Assembly (NCBI GenBank): GCA_900088475.1
Contig: FLMG01003555.1
Coordinates: 1 to 52,912 of the forward strand
Source of the DNA: Hyphochytrium catenoides
Taxonomy: Eukaryota > Protista > Hyphochytriomycota
Reading direction: 5' to 3'
Length of the DNA stretch: 52,912 bases
The number at the start of each line of letters is the position of its first letter. The stretch's first letter is position 1. Positions 1-15,548 of the stretch are shown here, piece by piece. The notes under the pieces were generated by a model, which ran no database searches, was not told where the DNA came from, and was given only the letters and a program-made list of their open reading frames with translations. Position numbers and translations under genes: made by a program.

Positions 1-2395
1 GTCGTAGCCTCCTGCAGCAGCAGAAGTGTCAGAAAGGACGCGTCTCGTACCCACTCAGCTGGAAGAAGAATGTGCAAGTCCCAAGTTGGGACTAGTAGTC
101 GTCGCGGCAAGGAGAGGCACTAGAAGAGCCAGCAGGAGAAGGCAGAGTTAGACAGAGCTATACCTCCAACAAGCACGCCTTTCCCTGCAAGTTGTTCGAG
201 CAGCTTCTCCTGGTTGATCTTGGGGTCTAGCTGGAAATAAATAATGTTTGTCTCCACTCCAGCGAAATCAAGGATCACCCCGTCCATAGCACTCTGTGTC
301 CAGGGAAGAGGGAGGCAGGGGTCACCAAAAGCTTCTAAAGATCAGTGCAAAGCTACCCATCATCATTTCTCTGATGCCTTAGCTTTTCTCTCTCTGGCCT
401 CGTAGGTCCTGGCTCCTCTCGTGTTTTCTCTTCTCTCTCTCTTTCTCTCTCTGCAACAGTTGGCAGATGGTGTGTTAACCTTGACTCCACAGCCCACAGG
501 AGCTGTCTGCTCCCCAGTGCTGAAAGGATCCGCTTACCAAGGCGCTTGCAAGCTCTTTAGCATGTCGGTGGTCATCGGCGAGTCGCTCAATGTTGTTCTC
601 AAGCGCGTAGAGTCCCGCAGCTGCGATGATCCCTGCCTGTCGCATCCCACCTCCGAGCGATTTCCGCACTCTTCTAGCCTACAACCGGGCATAGAAAGGG
701 TAAGAGCCTCCAGGATGCCTGGAAAACGGGGAACAGTAAGCATCCTACACCCTTACTTGTTTGATGAACTCTTCCGTGCCAGCGATGATTGAGCCAACGG
801 GTGCCCCTAGGCCCTTGCTCAGGCAAAGCGACACGGAATCCACGCCATCCAGCAACGCAGAAGCCGCACACTTAGTGGCCACCGCAGCATTCATGAGGCG
901 GGCACCTGAAGGGGATGAGAAGAGAGGGAGAGAGGTGTAAGAGCGACAAGAAGACCTGGAAAGAGAGGCCGGTGAATAGGGAACGGCTAGAACAACGAAA
1001 GGATCAACTTTTCACAAAGTGCAGGTGACACTTCTTCGTACCGTCCATATGAAGGCGTAAATCATGCTCTTGACAAAGGGTAGCTACTGAAGTGATAAAG
1101 GCAGGGTCCAGCACTTTCCCTCCTGCTCGGTTCTGTGTGTTCTCCAGCGCAACAAGACGGCTCCTAGCGACAGCACAGCTAAGCCTTACTACCCAGTACG
1201 TCACATCATGCTCAGCCATCACCTATATCTCTCTCGTCTCTCAACAGATCCTCCTTTCCATCGGCTTTGGTTCTCTCTTTCTATCTGTCCGTCTCCCTCT
1301 TCATTGGGTCCATCTATGCACATCACTCCTTAATATTGTTGCTCCAATGCTCCTTCTTCAAGCCCATTGCCAGCAGCGGCGGTCACCTTGGATAGTGCAC
1401 ATCATCCTCGCGGATAGCACTCCGAATCGCCTCCAGGCTGATACTCCCGTCCTCATTGTTAGGCAGAGTACGCTGCGTGACTCCGAGATACACTAAGTTA
1501 CGTCAAGGTGCAGGCGCCAGGGCATCGTCAAAAGTCGAAGCGAGCACAAAGCACGACTTCTGGGACGAAGAGAAGGCACTGAGGGTGGAAGTAGCACAGA
1601 CCAGTGGAGGAAGGTTGCTAGAAGAAAGAGCGCGAGCAAAGAAGAACAGTAGATTGTAGACAGTTAAAAAGCAAAGAGGTGAGAGCGGGGGTGGAGGAGT
1701 GCGGGCTTCGGGACGGAGTTTAGAAGAGCGAGTTTGCGGAAGATAGAGAAAAGGAGGAGAGAAAGAGAGAGAGAGAGAGAAAGAGAGAGAAAGAGAGACA
1801 CAGAGAGAGAGAGAGAGAGAGGGAGAGACTCTAAAAGATACCGCTGCATCCCCCGGCCTCATACTGGTGGATGTGCGAGTCGTAGCCCAAAATGATCTCG
1901 TCTCCGCGCTCGCAGTGCACCGCTATGGAGATGAGATTGCCCATTGTCCCACTGGACTCGCAGAGTCAGCAACGTTTCTTGTTCTCATAGCCCAAGGCGA
2001 TGGACTATCGACCTTCCTCACCTACTGACAAACAGCGCCGCCTCTTTTCCAAGCATGCTTGCGGCTGTCCTCTCTAGCTTGTGGACTGTGGGGTCTGACG
2101 GAGCAAGGCGGGGCTTAGGGTTAGACTGAGGACCTGAAGAGGTGAAAGGCAGTAACCCCCTACCTTCCTCATAGACGTCATCGCCTAATGGAGCCTTTAC
2201 CATTGCTTGCTTCATGGCCGGGGATGGCAGAGTCACGGTGTCTGACCGCAGATCCACAGTCCGCCGGTAGGACTGTCCAGATGAGGAGAAGCCAGCGAGC
2301 CGTGAAGAGACCCATGTTGCGGAGGCACTGCTGCTGCGTTGACTGCAGACGGCGCCAAGTCGCACCTGCTTGCCGATACAGCGCTGGAGCACCAT
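1..2395 (-). CDS. GLY1: Low-specificity L-threonine aldolase (GLY1/LtaE/THA1 family, PLP-dependent) with a probable mitochondrial presequence; 3' end runs off the window
   Basis: Exons joined at GT-AG sites: 2395-2164, 2094-2022, 1951-1842, 1492-1387, 1163-1042, 905-757, 678-538, 293-164, 11-1. They give [56 protein letters not shown] (PLP lysine) and GGGMRQAG. The N-terminus is R/S-rich and lacks acidic residues. Confidence 0.96.
1741..1829. repeat. GA-rich microsatellite in a threonine aldolase intron
   Basis: Runs of (GA)n/GAGAAA. These explain the spurious SLSLSL ORFs. Confidence 0.9.
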
Positions 2396-2870
2396 CCTTA
2401 GTCTTCACAATGGCTAGAGAGCCCGCAATGCAGCCTCCTCTCCTTCTCCTTTTCCTCCTGCTCCTGCTCCTGCTCCGTCTAACTCTTGGCCTTTCACTGC
2501 TGAGGAGAGTTCAGCGCTTCCACTCTCTGATCCTTGCAGAGTGATGCCGCCCGCTGTCCCTCCAGCGCAGGTGGTCATATATTAAGCAGTGAAAAAAAGA
2601 CCAGTTGATTCTATTAGACAGATTGAGGTCGTGGGAAAGGAGCGATGAAGATTGTGAAGCTTTTGTGTCAGAGAGATCATTGCGTCTTCAAGCTTCAGGC
2701 GCTTCAGACCTGAGAGAGAAGGCGACATACTATTATGAGGAAGGCTCTGTGGCACTGAGGAGCTCATATCCCTGTGTTAGCCTCGTAGTCCGTCTTCTGT
2801 CATGCGGTGGTCTACAAAGCACGCCTTTTAAGCAAGTTAGGACTGAGGGTTCTTGGGCCAAAGCAGTGCA

Positions 2871-5800
2871 ATGAGTGATGCTCCTACTCCTCGAGCGGCG
2901 TCAGAGGACGGTCTAGGGCGAAAGAGAAAGGGTTCCACCCGATCTTCTCGCACCGCATCCAATGCGTCGTCTATACCTCCCCCTCCTCCTCCCGCTGATC
3001 CTAGAAATAGGGGATCGTTAGAGTCAGCAGCCTCCTCGCTGTCGGAAGATGGAACTGCATCCACGGCAGGTCGGCCATCTACAGCAGCCGAACCGAGAGC
3101 CTCACGAGCTCCAGGCCGTCAAGCATCTACTGCTGAGTCTCATGACCCTGAAGCAGTTCCTGAGCCTAGCTATGAGGAGCCAGAGAGTGTGCTTGATGAC
3201 GATGGAAACTCGACTCAACGATTTAGCGAGGACACAGATGGCAGGCGAGGGGATGAGGAGGAGAGCGAGGGAGTGGACGAGGATGGCTCTATAGTCTCTG
3301 ATGACCGGGGACCATCATCCACACCGAGCAAAGATGCGCCGGACACGCGGAAGAAGTATAAGTATCAGGATTCCACCGGCCTGTCTCCTCGCTCGCGCAG
3401 CATTTCAGACGCTTCCAGGATATCCCGCGCTGAATCCACTGCCTCTTCCATGTATTCCTCTAACATCGATGGCGAAGAGGTGGAAGATGCTGCAGACTTC
3501 AACGTGATGGACACCATTGAGGAAGATTTTGACTTTGAGGACGATGAAGAGGACGAGATGCCAGACTATGCGCTCGCAAACACTCCGATTAACGATCACG
3601 TCAACCAGGCTATAGAGTTCGTTGTAGATCATGCGAAGAAGCTCCAAGAGATTGAAGATAACATCAGCGCTTCTGAGCTGTGGGACCAATGGTCAGATCC
3701 TATCTCCTTGCACACACAGCCGCCGGAGAAGGTGGACGTTCAAGACCTAATCCGGACGGACAATGAGCTCTTTAACAAGGTGCTAACAGTCCTCGCTGTG
3801 CTCTGTGACGAGATTGGAGAGCTCAAGATGACAGCTGAGGCCAACTTCTATCCAGCAATGATCATGTTTGGACAGGCGAAACATGGTGATGAAGAGGAGT
3901 TACGTCCTGGGGATGAGGAGCTGATGATGGGAAGAATGCTGCCTCTCTTCCAAGACATCTCTAACTTTGTTGACCGGTGCAACTCTATTACCATCAACAT
4001 CATCCACCAGCTGGCCTCTCTCTATCATTCCTATCAAAAACTCTGGAAGAGCACGTTCAGACTCGTTCATCTTGTCCCCGTCTTTTCTTCTCTATGCGAT
4101 CTTCTGGAGGTGATGATCACTCTGGACTCGATTGTGGAGGATAATGTTAACATCAGTGCAGCCTGGGAAAAGTACAAGCGGATGATGCAGTACGTCAGAG
4201 CCGAGCCAGAGAGGTACGGCTTCGATGAGAACCGTGTCCGACAGTTTGAGAGGCTTCTGGTGAGCTTAGATCAGACCGTCATGTCCGCAGCAACCCTGCA
4301 GGGCTGTTTAGAGCAGGATTTTGAGGTATCTCCCATGGATGACGTGGGTGAGCAGCAAGCACTGGTAGACGTAAGGAACAATCAAGTGTTTTTAGAGGAG
4401 TGCTCTTGGGCTGTGCAGAACCTGTTTGGCCAGTGCGAGGCTTCTATCGGAACCGTGGCTGAGACCTTCGAACGGCAGAAGTTGGTCGGAGTGTTTGGCC
4501 TTTACGCACTGTATCGGCGTCTAGTGCCGCCTAACGTAGTTCCAGATGCGTCCTTCTACCAGGAACTCTGGAGAATTCAGAAGAAAGCGCCAATGGTCAC
4601 CTTGGCTGGGAAGGTATAGCGGCTTGCTTATATGTCTGTATCGTACTATTCACCGCGCTCTAGGGTCCAAGCCATACAGAGCTCTCTTGTCAGTAGCGAG
4701 ACCTTTTCTTGTCACCTGAGACTCCATTTGTCAGTTCCTCGTCCCCCTACCTGAGACCAGTAAAACCATTGATTCGCTCTTCATGCAGGTGGTCTGGTTC
4801 CCATCGGATTTCCTTCTAAAGTATGTGCCCTTTGCCACAAAGAAGCTTGATCCAGAGGACGTGCCGCTCTTCCGGCGGGAATATTTGAAGCAATTTGATC
4901 AGAGTTTTGCCCAGCAGGTGCAGAAGTCGTACACTGACGTCACTGTATGGCTAGCGAGGATGGACTCATACCTTCAGCCGCATGCGGGAGGATCAGGTGA
5001 CGTCGGGAGGCTCCTGCAGAGCCGTTCGCGGCTGATAGCCACAGGGCAGATTCTGGCTTCCCGTGTGAACAATCTGATATCAACCTTGATGAACATGCAC
5101 CTTTCTCTAGCCATTCCTATGCAGAAGAAGCTGATCAAGCCCCTTTGTCAGTGTATTGAGATGATGAAGGCCATTGAGTTCATGTATGCTAGAAAAGTAT
5201 CAGTCATTGGCGAGAGTCTTGCTCTCATGGTGGGTCAGGCTGGTCAACAGCTTCTCTTGCTCTTTAAGCCACTCAAGGCCAAGCTCGAGGCCAGCAGGCG
5301 CTTCGATGACACTAAGCTAGATGTCATCGCAGCTGTGACCGTTATAGAAGACATTCTGAAGTCAGGAGAATCAATGTCGTTTACGCGCCAGATTATCATG
5401 AGACTGGCGTCCAGGATTGCTGTCATTGGCGATGAAGAGCTAGAGATTGACCAGGTTGAGGTTGGGAAGCTGCTAGGGAGGATGCGCGCGTTAAGTGACT
5501 GGCAGAGAAGAGTAAGGCAGCTCTGCGACACCTCGTTCACCTACTGGAGCAGAGAGCTGTTTAGCAATTTCATGGACGAAGTGTACGGCCATCCTGAGCA
5601 GGTAAGAAAAGGAGAAGCGAAGGGTGACGCACTTGGCGCGCTACGGACCGTTACCTCGTAAAAACTCCAGAAAAAAGAAGAGCAAGAGAATGCAAAAGAG
5701 AAAGAGAGAGAGGGCTAAGAGGAAGGGAAAGAGAACTAACCTTGGTGTCATACACCAGGCCCGGCGAGTGCAATATGTCATAGCTGGCTTTAGTGACGTT

Positions 5801-8507
5801 GTGGGACTCCTAGAGTCTTCCCAGCATGAGAGTAAACCGGAAGAGTTCACGAAGGCTTATGAAAGTTACCTCAACGAAGTTGTTGAAGAGAAGGTAAGCT
5901 GAGAATCTCTTGCTCTCCAGCGTGGCTTCAGTGACCTACCTCTGAATATCTCTAGGTCTCCTCTTTCGACTACCTTGCACTCCCTCATATTATGCATGTC
6001 TGGGATAAAACCCATGCCATCGCTCATTCGTTGTCATCTAACTGCTGTCGTTGCAGCTTGTGAGCCCACTTTGCCACGACATCGAGAACGATCTCCGCCT
6101 CCACATCCACTGCGTCAATATGGGACAGATGGAGATGCTCAACCCAAAGCAGGCGAATATGCGCACCATTGGGCGCTGGTTGGACATTCCTTCCATCAGA
6201 ATCTTTGGAAGACGTCTGAACCTCCGTCAACGAGTGACTCATCACCTAGAGACTGTATTTTACAACCTTACTACCGTCGCGCTACATGATTGGAAGACTT
6301 ATGCGCAGATGCGCAATCTGGTGAGGCTCACCTTCTGGTCATAGGCTGCCTTTCTGAACTTACACTCTTTGAGATATGCGCCCTCTGTGCCGTAGTCTCA
6401 TGCCGACCGACTCATTCTTCGTATGTCATCTTGTTTTGCTGGTTATCGGTGTATTTGCCAGCTTTCGGCTGCACTAGTGTCCTTTCGTTTTGCTTGCCGA
6501 TAAGCTACGGCCTCCTACTAGTGCTATCCATTGAGTTGCTCTCTCCTGACAAATCTTGGCTATGATCGGCCTGTGCTTTCCTAGGCAAACGAAAAGTACG
6601 GGCTCCAGCTCGCAGAAAATCATTTGCCTATGGGCTCGTTAGACCAAGGACTTGATATTCTGCAGATTATGCGGAACGTCCATATCTTCGTCTCGCGATA
6701 CAACTATAACCTCAACCAGCAGACATTTTTGGAAAGGCGGTCGGACAAGGGATCAAAGAATCTAAACTCTATCAATATTCATAGCATTGCAGGGTCAATC
6801 AGGACGCATGGCATGGGCATTATGAACACGACCGTCAACTACACTTACCAGTTTTTAGCCAAGAAGTTCGACGTCTTTTCACAGGTAAGCTGGTCAGCCT
6901 AGGAGTGGGGAGTAGTGCCAAAGGCAGACTGGCTGCTGTCGACCCATAGCAACAAGAGCGGTGCCTGGCAGAGGCTAACGCGACCCTCGTCTTGCTCCTC
7001 TGTCGTCTGACATTGCAGTTTCTCTTTGATGAGTATATCAAGTCCTATCTCTTACGGCAGCGGCGCTGGTACAAGAAGCATCGCAACGACCCCGAGGTGG
7101 ATAACAAATATCCATACGCACATGCCTTTGAGTTCAACAAAAGCATTAGAAAGCTAGGCGTCTCAGACACAGGGAGAACCTTTCTAGACCAGTTTCGGAT
7201 ACTCATCACGGAGATTGGTAACTCCTTGGGCTACGTTCGCATGGTGCGGTCCGCGGGAATGAACTACTGCAGGTAAGCGGTAGAGATAGCCCTCTCTCTC
7301 TCACTGTCTGTCTGTACCCGGCTGTTAGGTTTTTGTACACTTGTCAGTCGGCTCATCCTTTTCCTCGTCATCCCCTAGCAACGCGATCAAGTTTGTCCCT
7401 GACTTGAACAAGCAGAAGTTCAATTTCAAGCTTCAGACTGGGCAGGGGCAGGAGTCCGTAAAGGATGAGGAAGGCAAGGAGGTCGAACCGGAGGTTAAAG
7501 GTGCTCAGCTGCCGGAGGAGACGGTGACTGCCGCTCATAACCTTGACAGCATCATCGACGTCCTCTCAACCAACTTCTCGGAGAATATCGACTACTTTAA
7601 GGTATCACAGCCGGGCACCGCCGTGCAAGATATGAGAATACATACTTTCTGGGTCGTTGGATGCCTCTCTTTCTCTCTGTCACTCCACGCACACAATTCC
7701 TCATAATATACCGAGGATTTGACCGTTTGTCTTATCTCGCCCGACGCTGCAGTTGCTAGTCAAGGTGTTCCAGGACGTGATGCTCAACCAAGAGCTCAAA
7801 CACTTAGCCAACTTCTACATGATAGTTCCAGCACTGACCATCAACTTTGTGGAAGCAAGCGTTCAGGTCAGGAAGCTAATAAATCCTCTTTAGAGGAGAG
7901 TGGAGCGGGACCAATGCCTTGTAGCCTTGGATGCCTATGAGTCCTTGGATGGAAGTATAAAGCCTCTAGCCTTTACTCAAACCAGGCACTTACTGCTGCT
8001 GGCCCTGTAGGCTAAAGATCAGATGTTCAAGAACTCCCGAAGACGCGAGGCTTATTTCTCGGACGATGGGTTCGCCATCGGGGTAGCTTACATCTTAGCG
8101 ATTCTCAACCAGGGCGAGGTTCGATCTAATCTCATTAACCTCTTGGTCGTCTGCATCTAACCGTATTGATGCCTCACAGCTGCTGGACTCTTTGCATTGG
8201 TTTGACAGCGTATCGGAGAAGTACGACAAAGACGCAAAGGAGCTAGAGGTATGCTGAAACTCTTAAGTTGATGCTGGGCCTTCTACTTGGCTCTGATCCT
8301 TTCTTGTCTTGGTGACAGCGACTGAACGCGGAGAGGGATCGCAGGGCCGCGACCCAAAAGCCTCCCACTTCTGTGACAGAATTAATTGATGAGGAGCAGG
8401 AGACTCACACTCTTCAACTGAATGCGCGGCGGATAGAGCAGAGCAGGAAGGAGTTTGACTTGCTCTACTTCTCTCTTAGTGGGGCTCGTATATTCTTTAA
8501 CGAGTAA
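2871..8507 (+). CDS. WASHC4: WASH complex subunit 4 (SWIP/KIAA1033)
   Basis: Eleven exons: 2871-4613, 4789-5601, 5759-5893, 6057-6320, 6585-6884, 7019-7272, 7379-7601, 7753-7866, 8011-8118, 8180-8248, 8319-8507. Motifs: [82 protein letters not shown] and C-terminal [10 protein letters not shown]. Confidence 0.96.
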
Positions 8508-9087
8508 GAGACAGCGCTGAACGCATCTAGTCCGCGTCGATGCGTAGTTCACTTAGTTGCGGAGCTACTCTCCACTTGAACCGAACTCCGTGGCTTATGG
8601 ACTAGTCAGGGTGTACTAGCCGAGACATTAGCGATTTAATTATATGAAGCTCATTTGGCTGTCACAGAGTGCCCTGATCCTGGACTCAACAGGATAACCT
8701 CCTACAGACGATAAGATCGACAGGCAAGCCTCTCAGATCCCTTTGACTTGCCTGGAAGTAAGGAGACCTTTCATGCCAACAATCTTCAAATCTGGGAATC
8801 TTCACCAGATTCCTGTAGCCGTCAGAAAAGTCACTATTAGTAGAGATATTCAGACATAGAGCACGACAGAGATCTACTGGTCTTGCACGAGAGATATTTG
8901 AGGTGAAGAGCTGGGATACGTGAGTGATTGCGAGTGACTGATGGAGAGCCAGAGGATAAGAGATGTCGTAATGCTTGTTCAGGATAATTTGGTATCTATG
9001 ATTGATATTCTTGAAAGAGCATTAGCCAATTTGGTATATAGGCGATATCCTGTTTGCCACAACATGGAGAAATGGATTGGCGAGGAA

Positions 9088-9154
9088 TAGAGAGAGAAGA
9101 AGACAGAACGAGACAGAAACGAACAAAGAGAAAGAGAAAGAACAAGAGAGAGAA

Positions 9155-9191
<37 letters not shown>

Positions 9192-9320
9192 AAAAGAGAG
9201 AGTAAGAGTAAGAGCAAGAGAGAGACAGAGAAAGAGAAAGAGAGAGAGAGAAAGAGAAAGAGAGAGAGACAGAGACAGAGAGAGAGGAGAGAGAGAGAGA
9301 GAGAGAGAGAGACAAGAAGA
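9088..9320. repeat. Long compound GA microsatellite upstream of DLD
   Basis: About 230 nt of almost pure purine (GA)n/GAAA/GACA repeats. Confidence 0.95.
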
Positions 9321-9478
9321 GTGCGAGCGCTTCATGATTCATGACACGGTGGTCTGGCGTCAGAACATCACCAAGCTCGTGCAGATTAGTTGTGAAGTCT
9401 TGAGCTCGGGAAGCATTCACGGGCTTGCCATTTCCCAGAGGAAAAGTTTCTGTGCCCAAGAGTTAAGAAGACAGAAAG

Positions 9479-11796
<2,318 letters not shown>

Positions 11797-12166
11797 GTTA
11801 GCTGTTTAAGAAGATCAATGAAGAGTAGGAACTGAGTACTAGTGGTGAGCTTTCCAGGCACTATTGAGGACGGGGAGACAGCAACCGTTAGCCTGTAGGT
11901 GAGTGTGCTGCTCAAGGCACGGACTGAGAGTGATCAACTATGTAGAATCTCGGACACCTACTTGCACTGCAGCAGGAAGAACCAAACACCTTGTCATCCG
12001 TGCAAGTACAGCAAAGAGTAAGCTGTATGGGCTTGATGCTGTCATAGGAACGTAGCGAGGGAGCCATCAAGTGGGAAAGAAATGGGTGGGGACTGACGGG
12101 AAGGGATAAAGGAAGGTATTCATGTATTATTTTAGACGAGGAGAGAGGGAGACTCGAAGAGAGACT

Positions 12167-12263
12167 GGGGTGAGGCATTTGAATATTGGCGAAGCGAGAC
12201 AGACTGACTCTGTATGGTTAGATATTTATAAATAGCTGGGTAGTATCTGACATGCCTCACCCC
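12167..12263. other. Fold-back element closed by a perfect 12-bp inverted repeat
   Basis: GGGGTGAGGCAT (12167-12178) pairs with ATGCCTCACCCC (12252-12263). Internal stems: ACAGA/TCTGT and GTTAGATATT/AGTATCTGAC. Confidence 0.5.
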
Positions 12264-12713
12264 TTGACTGCGCGGGTACAACGACAAACTGACGGAGATG
12301 CCATGGAACAAATATGAGGGACTTAGGGACCGCTGGAATCGTTGCTAGGTCCTTCCCGAGTTTCTATCTCTTTCTCCTTCTCTCTGTCTCTTCTCTCTCG
12401 TCCCTCTCTTTCTCTTCCCTACGTTGCTATCTTTGTCTCTCAATTATCTTTGTAGTATGCTTCGTAGGTAAGGGAAGTTACCGCCTTTCGCTGGATCTCA
12501 GACCTTTCCCTTTCACACAGGAACATGTCTTCTTGCCCTTGAGATGGTCTGGCCCGATTTGACATCAATGGCTCTACTAACGCTCTTCCCGCTTCCCAGT
12601 CGGACGAAAGCGCCTCAACCCGCCTGGCTCTGCATGTGCCGGGACCGAAGGGAGAAAAAGCGAAAAACGGAGCCTGCGAGGACAGGATAGGACTCTGAAG
12701 GCACTTTGTCGGC

Positions 12714-15548
12714 TCACACTAAAGCTCCTTGTGCACAATCAGCTTCCAAGGCGAGAGACTCGACTGAGGGAGAAGGTGACGCTGTCCAAGACCGCTCCAG
12801 TGATCTGCTATCAGCCATAGAGTCGTACTGAGAGTCGCAGTCGTCCCAGGTAGAGAGCAACGCAACTGCTACTGGAGAAGCGAGCGGAAGCAACACATCA
12901 TCCTCTCCGGGGCCTGTCTCACATGCACCAGACATCCGTGCAAGCCCGGTATCGACTTCCTTGGAGGCTTCCTCTTGAGCGATGAGCCTGGCACTTCTCT
13001 CTCTCCATTCTTTGACCTCTCTCTCATATCTCCTCTCGTCTTCGTCCGCCATGCGGACATACTCTTCCCGTGCAACACCGTCCATCCCTCTCCAGATTTG
13101 GCCCAGAAGCTTTCCGGCCTGGGGCCAAGATGTCTTCCTGCCCCCGTGCAATGCTTCCTGCTCCTGCTGCAGCGCTCTGCCGCTTTGACTCCGGACGAAG
13201 CAGATATATGGAGACCAAGGACGTCGTGGCGCATCCCCCACAATCTTGCTCTGCTGCTCGAAGAGTTTCATTTGCTCATTCTGAAGCCTTGTTGCCGCTG
13301 TGAGCTGCTCGATCCTCTTCATGACGTCCACTGGGAGAGGAAGAGAGCACGAAATAAAGGAAAGAGGATGGACAGGTCAGTGGGTTGGATTGAAATCCTT
13401 CAGAGGTGATGAGGAAGGGCGATGAGAGAGAGACAAATAAGATAATAGAATGTTCAGCCTCACCTTTGCTGCAGGAAGTCTCATCGCTAGCAGCAGATAT
13501 AGCGTCTGCTGCAGCTGAGAGCTTCACCTTCTTCAATCTGCTTGGCCTCAGCCTCGGGACTGCCCGTTGAAAGCCCGGAGATGGGACATACCTAGTTAAA
13601 GCAGAAGTCGACTGAGTGATACAGCAAAAGACGCTTTGAGACATCACAGGCTAGGACTGCCCAATAGAGAGGAAAAAATGAGGGAAAAGGACGAATAAAA
13701 AAATGGTGGGAGTTGCAAGTAACTTGGTCCGAGTGGGAGCAACAGAGGGACAGAGAGACATTGAACTTACTCATTCATCTCCTTCAGGTACCGCAGCTTG
13801 TCCTGCAGAGCTCTCGCCTCATAGCTCTTTCGCTTCTCGACAGCAAGCTGCTTCCAGGCTTTCCCTATCAGGATATTCACAGCGTTGTTGTTCTCCTGAC
13901 TCTTACCCTGAAGACCCAAAGGAGCGATAAAGAAGATGTGTTAGAGGAGAGGAGAACGTACGTGGCGGGAATAATAGAACAGTCCGAGAAGGTAAGACCA
14001 GACGCACCTGCTGGAGATGCGGGTTTTGAGTGATGATCTTGCCTCTGACGTCCATAGCAAAGAAGTTGAACCCACTAATGCTCCTGCAGTTGTGGAAGAA
14101 GTAGGGAAAGATGGGTTTAGTCCCTCAAGAGACAGAGTGATTCGCTGGGCTAAGATGGAAAAGAGATGACGCTAGGAGAGTCCGACAAAGAGAAAGTCGA
14201 AAACTCACCCTCGGGGTTTCTTAGGATCTCGGCGTGGGAGACGACCAGAGAATGTACTTCCCGGGCTCTTTCGTTTCCTGCTGATCTTGTCCGCCGCCAA
14301 GCCCGAAGAAGACGGAGAGAGGGATGACTGTACGCCGTTGCCAGGTGGCCTTCTCTCTTCCTGCTCCTGGGAAGGGGAGCAAGTCTGATCTTCCTGAGGA
14401 TTTTCTTCTTCCTCTGGTGTCTGATGAAGGTCTCCACTACATTCTAACTCTTGACACCATTGACTTGGGGGCGAAGTTGCCGGTCCGCAAGAAGAGGGAG
14501 GGGACAGCGAAGAGAGAGACAGCTCCGAAGATGACGAAGAGAAAGCAATGGACGGTGCCTGCTCTTCCTCACTGTAAAGATTGAGAAGAATCTCTTCCAT
14601 GAGAACAGAGGACGGAGACGCGAGGGAGTCCTGACGGCCATCTGGAGACAGTATGGAGGACAACAGAGCTGTTGCATCGTCTAACGCGGAATCAGAATGG
14701 ACAATCTCACGGTCCAAAGTTAGGCCTGACCTCCATCTCCTGCAGGAGGCGGGTCGAAACAAACTCTCTTCCGAAGAGCTAGGAGATAGAGAAGGTCCGG
14801 AATCTACAAAGCTGCTATCTCCCTGCTGATGCGCCCTCTTGTCCTCCGCCAGAAGTGGGGATAAATCACCGTATGCTTCACGAAAAGTAGACGAGGATGG
14901 AGGACCGCTGACAGTACTCTTAGAACTGCAGGCATCGTTCCTTTGTTCTTCTTGTTGATGACTGCCGCATTCCTGTTGATAGTACGCAGTAGTGTCCAGA
15001 GGAGCTGCAGTCCGGTGTTCTTTCTGCTTCTGTGGCTTCCCATGACAGCTGATGCCCAAGAAAGACTGCGCTAGACCGTCTAGCAGATTCTGATATTGCT
15101 GGTGTCCTACGAAGGAGGTAGAAGAAGAGGATTGAAGAGACGAGCTGAATGGTCTCCGGTTATCATGCCCATGGAGAAAGAGAAGACCTTTGCCTTGGTC
15201 TCCATCGAATCCTTTATCTCCCAATCTTTGCCTCCATGCACAAGCGGAAGCGAAAGAAAGTGAGGAAGCAGCGCACGGAGAAGAGAGAGCATGGGCTATC
15301 CTATGCTGGCTAGTGGGAGCTTTTGTCGGAGAGAGGCGGCCGAGATGGATATTCTGACATGAGAGGTCAAAGGGTAACTCCTCCGACGCTATGTGGAGAC
15401 AAGCTGAGGAGCTTGACGATCCAGCAGAGCTGAAGAGTACCTCAGACGGCAATGCTGGAGATGTGAGACTGCTGCCTGCCTCAGTGGAGCTGTAGGCATT
15501 GGGCACGTTCAGCAACCCAAGATCCATCAGAGGGATCTCCATCATCAT
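12714..15548 (-). CDS. Two-HMG-box protein (~765 aa) with a long Ser-rich disordered N-terminus
   Basis: Phase-consistent exons 15548-14209, 14083-14008, 13907-13771, 13591-13464, 13330-12714. Box 1 is DPKKPRGSISGFNFFAMDVR...LIGKAWKQL...DKLRYLKEMNEY. Box 2 is APRRPWSPYICFV...GKLLGQIWRGM...DERRYEREVKEW. The start codon is uncertain (first in-frame ATG used). Confidence 0.88.

Noticed and set aside
8979-9459. ORFs rich in SLSLSL (also 1503-1862 and 421-792)
   Set aside because: They are translations of GA/TC microsatellites or antisense to real exons.
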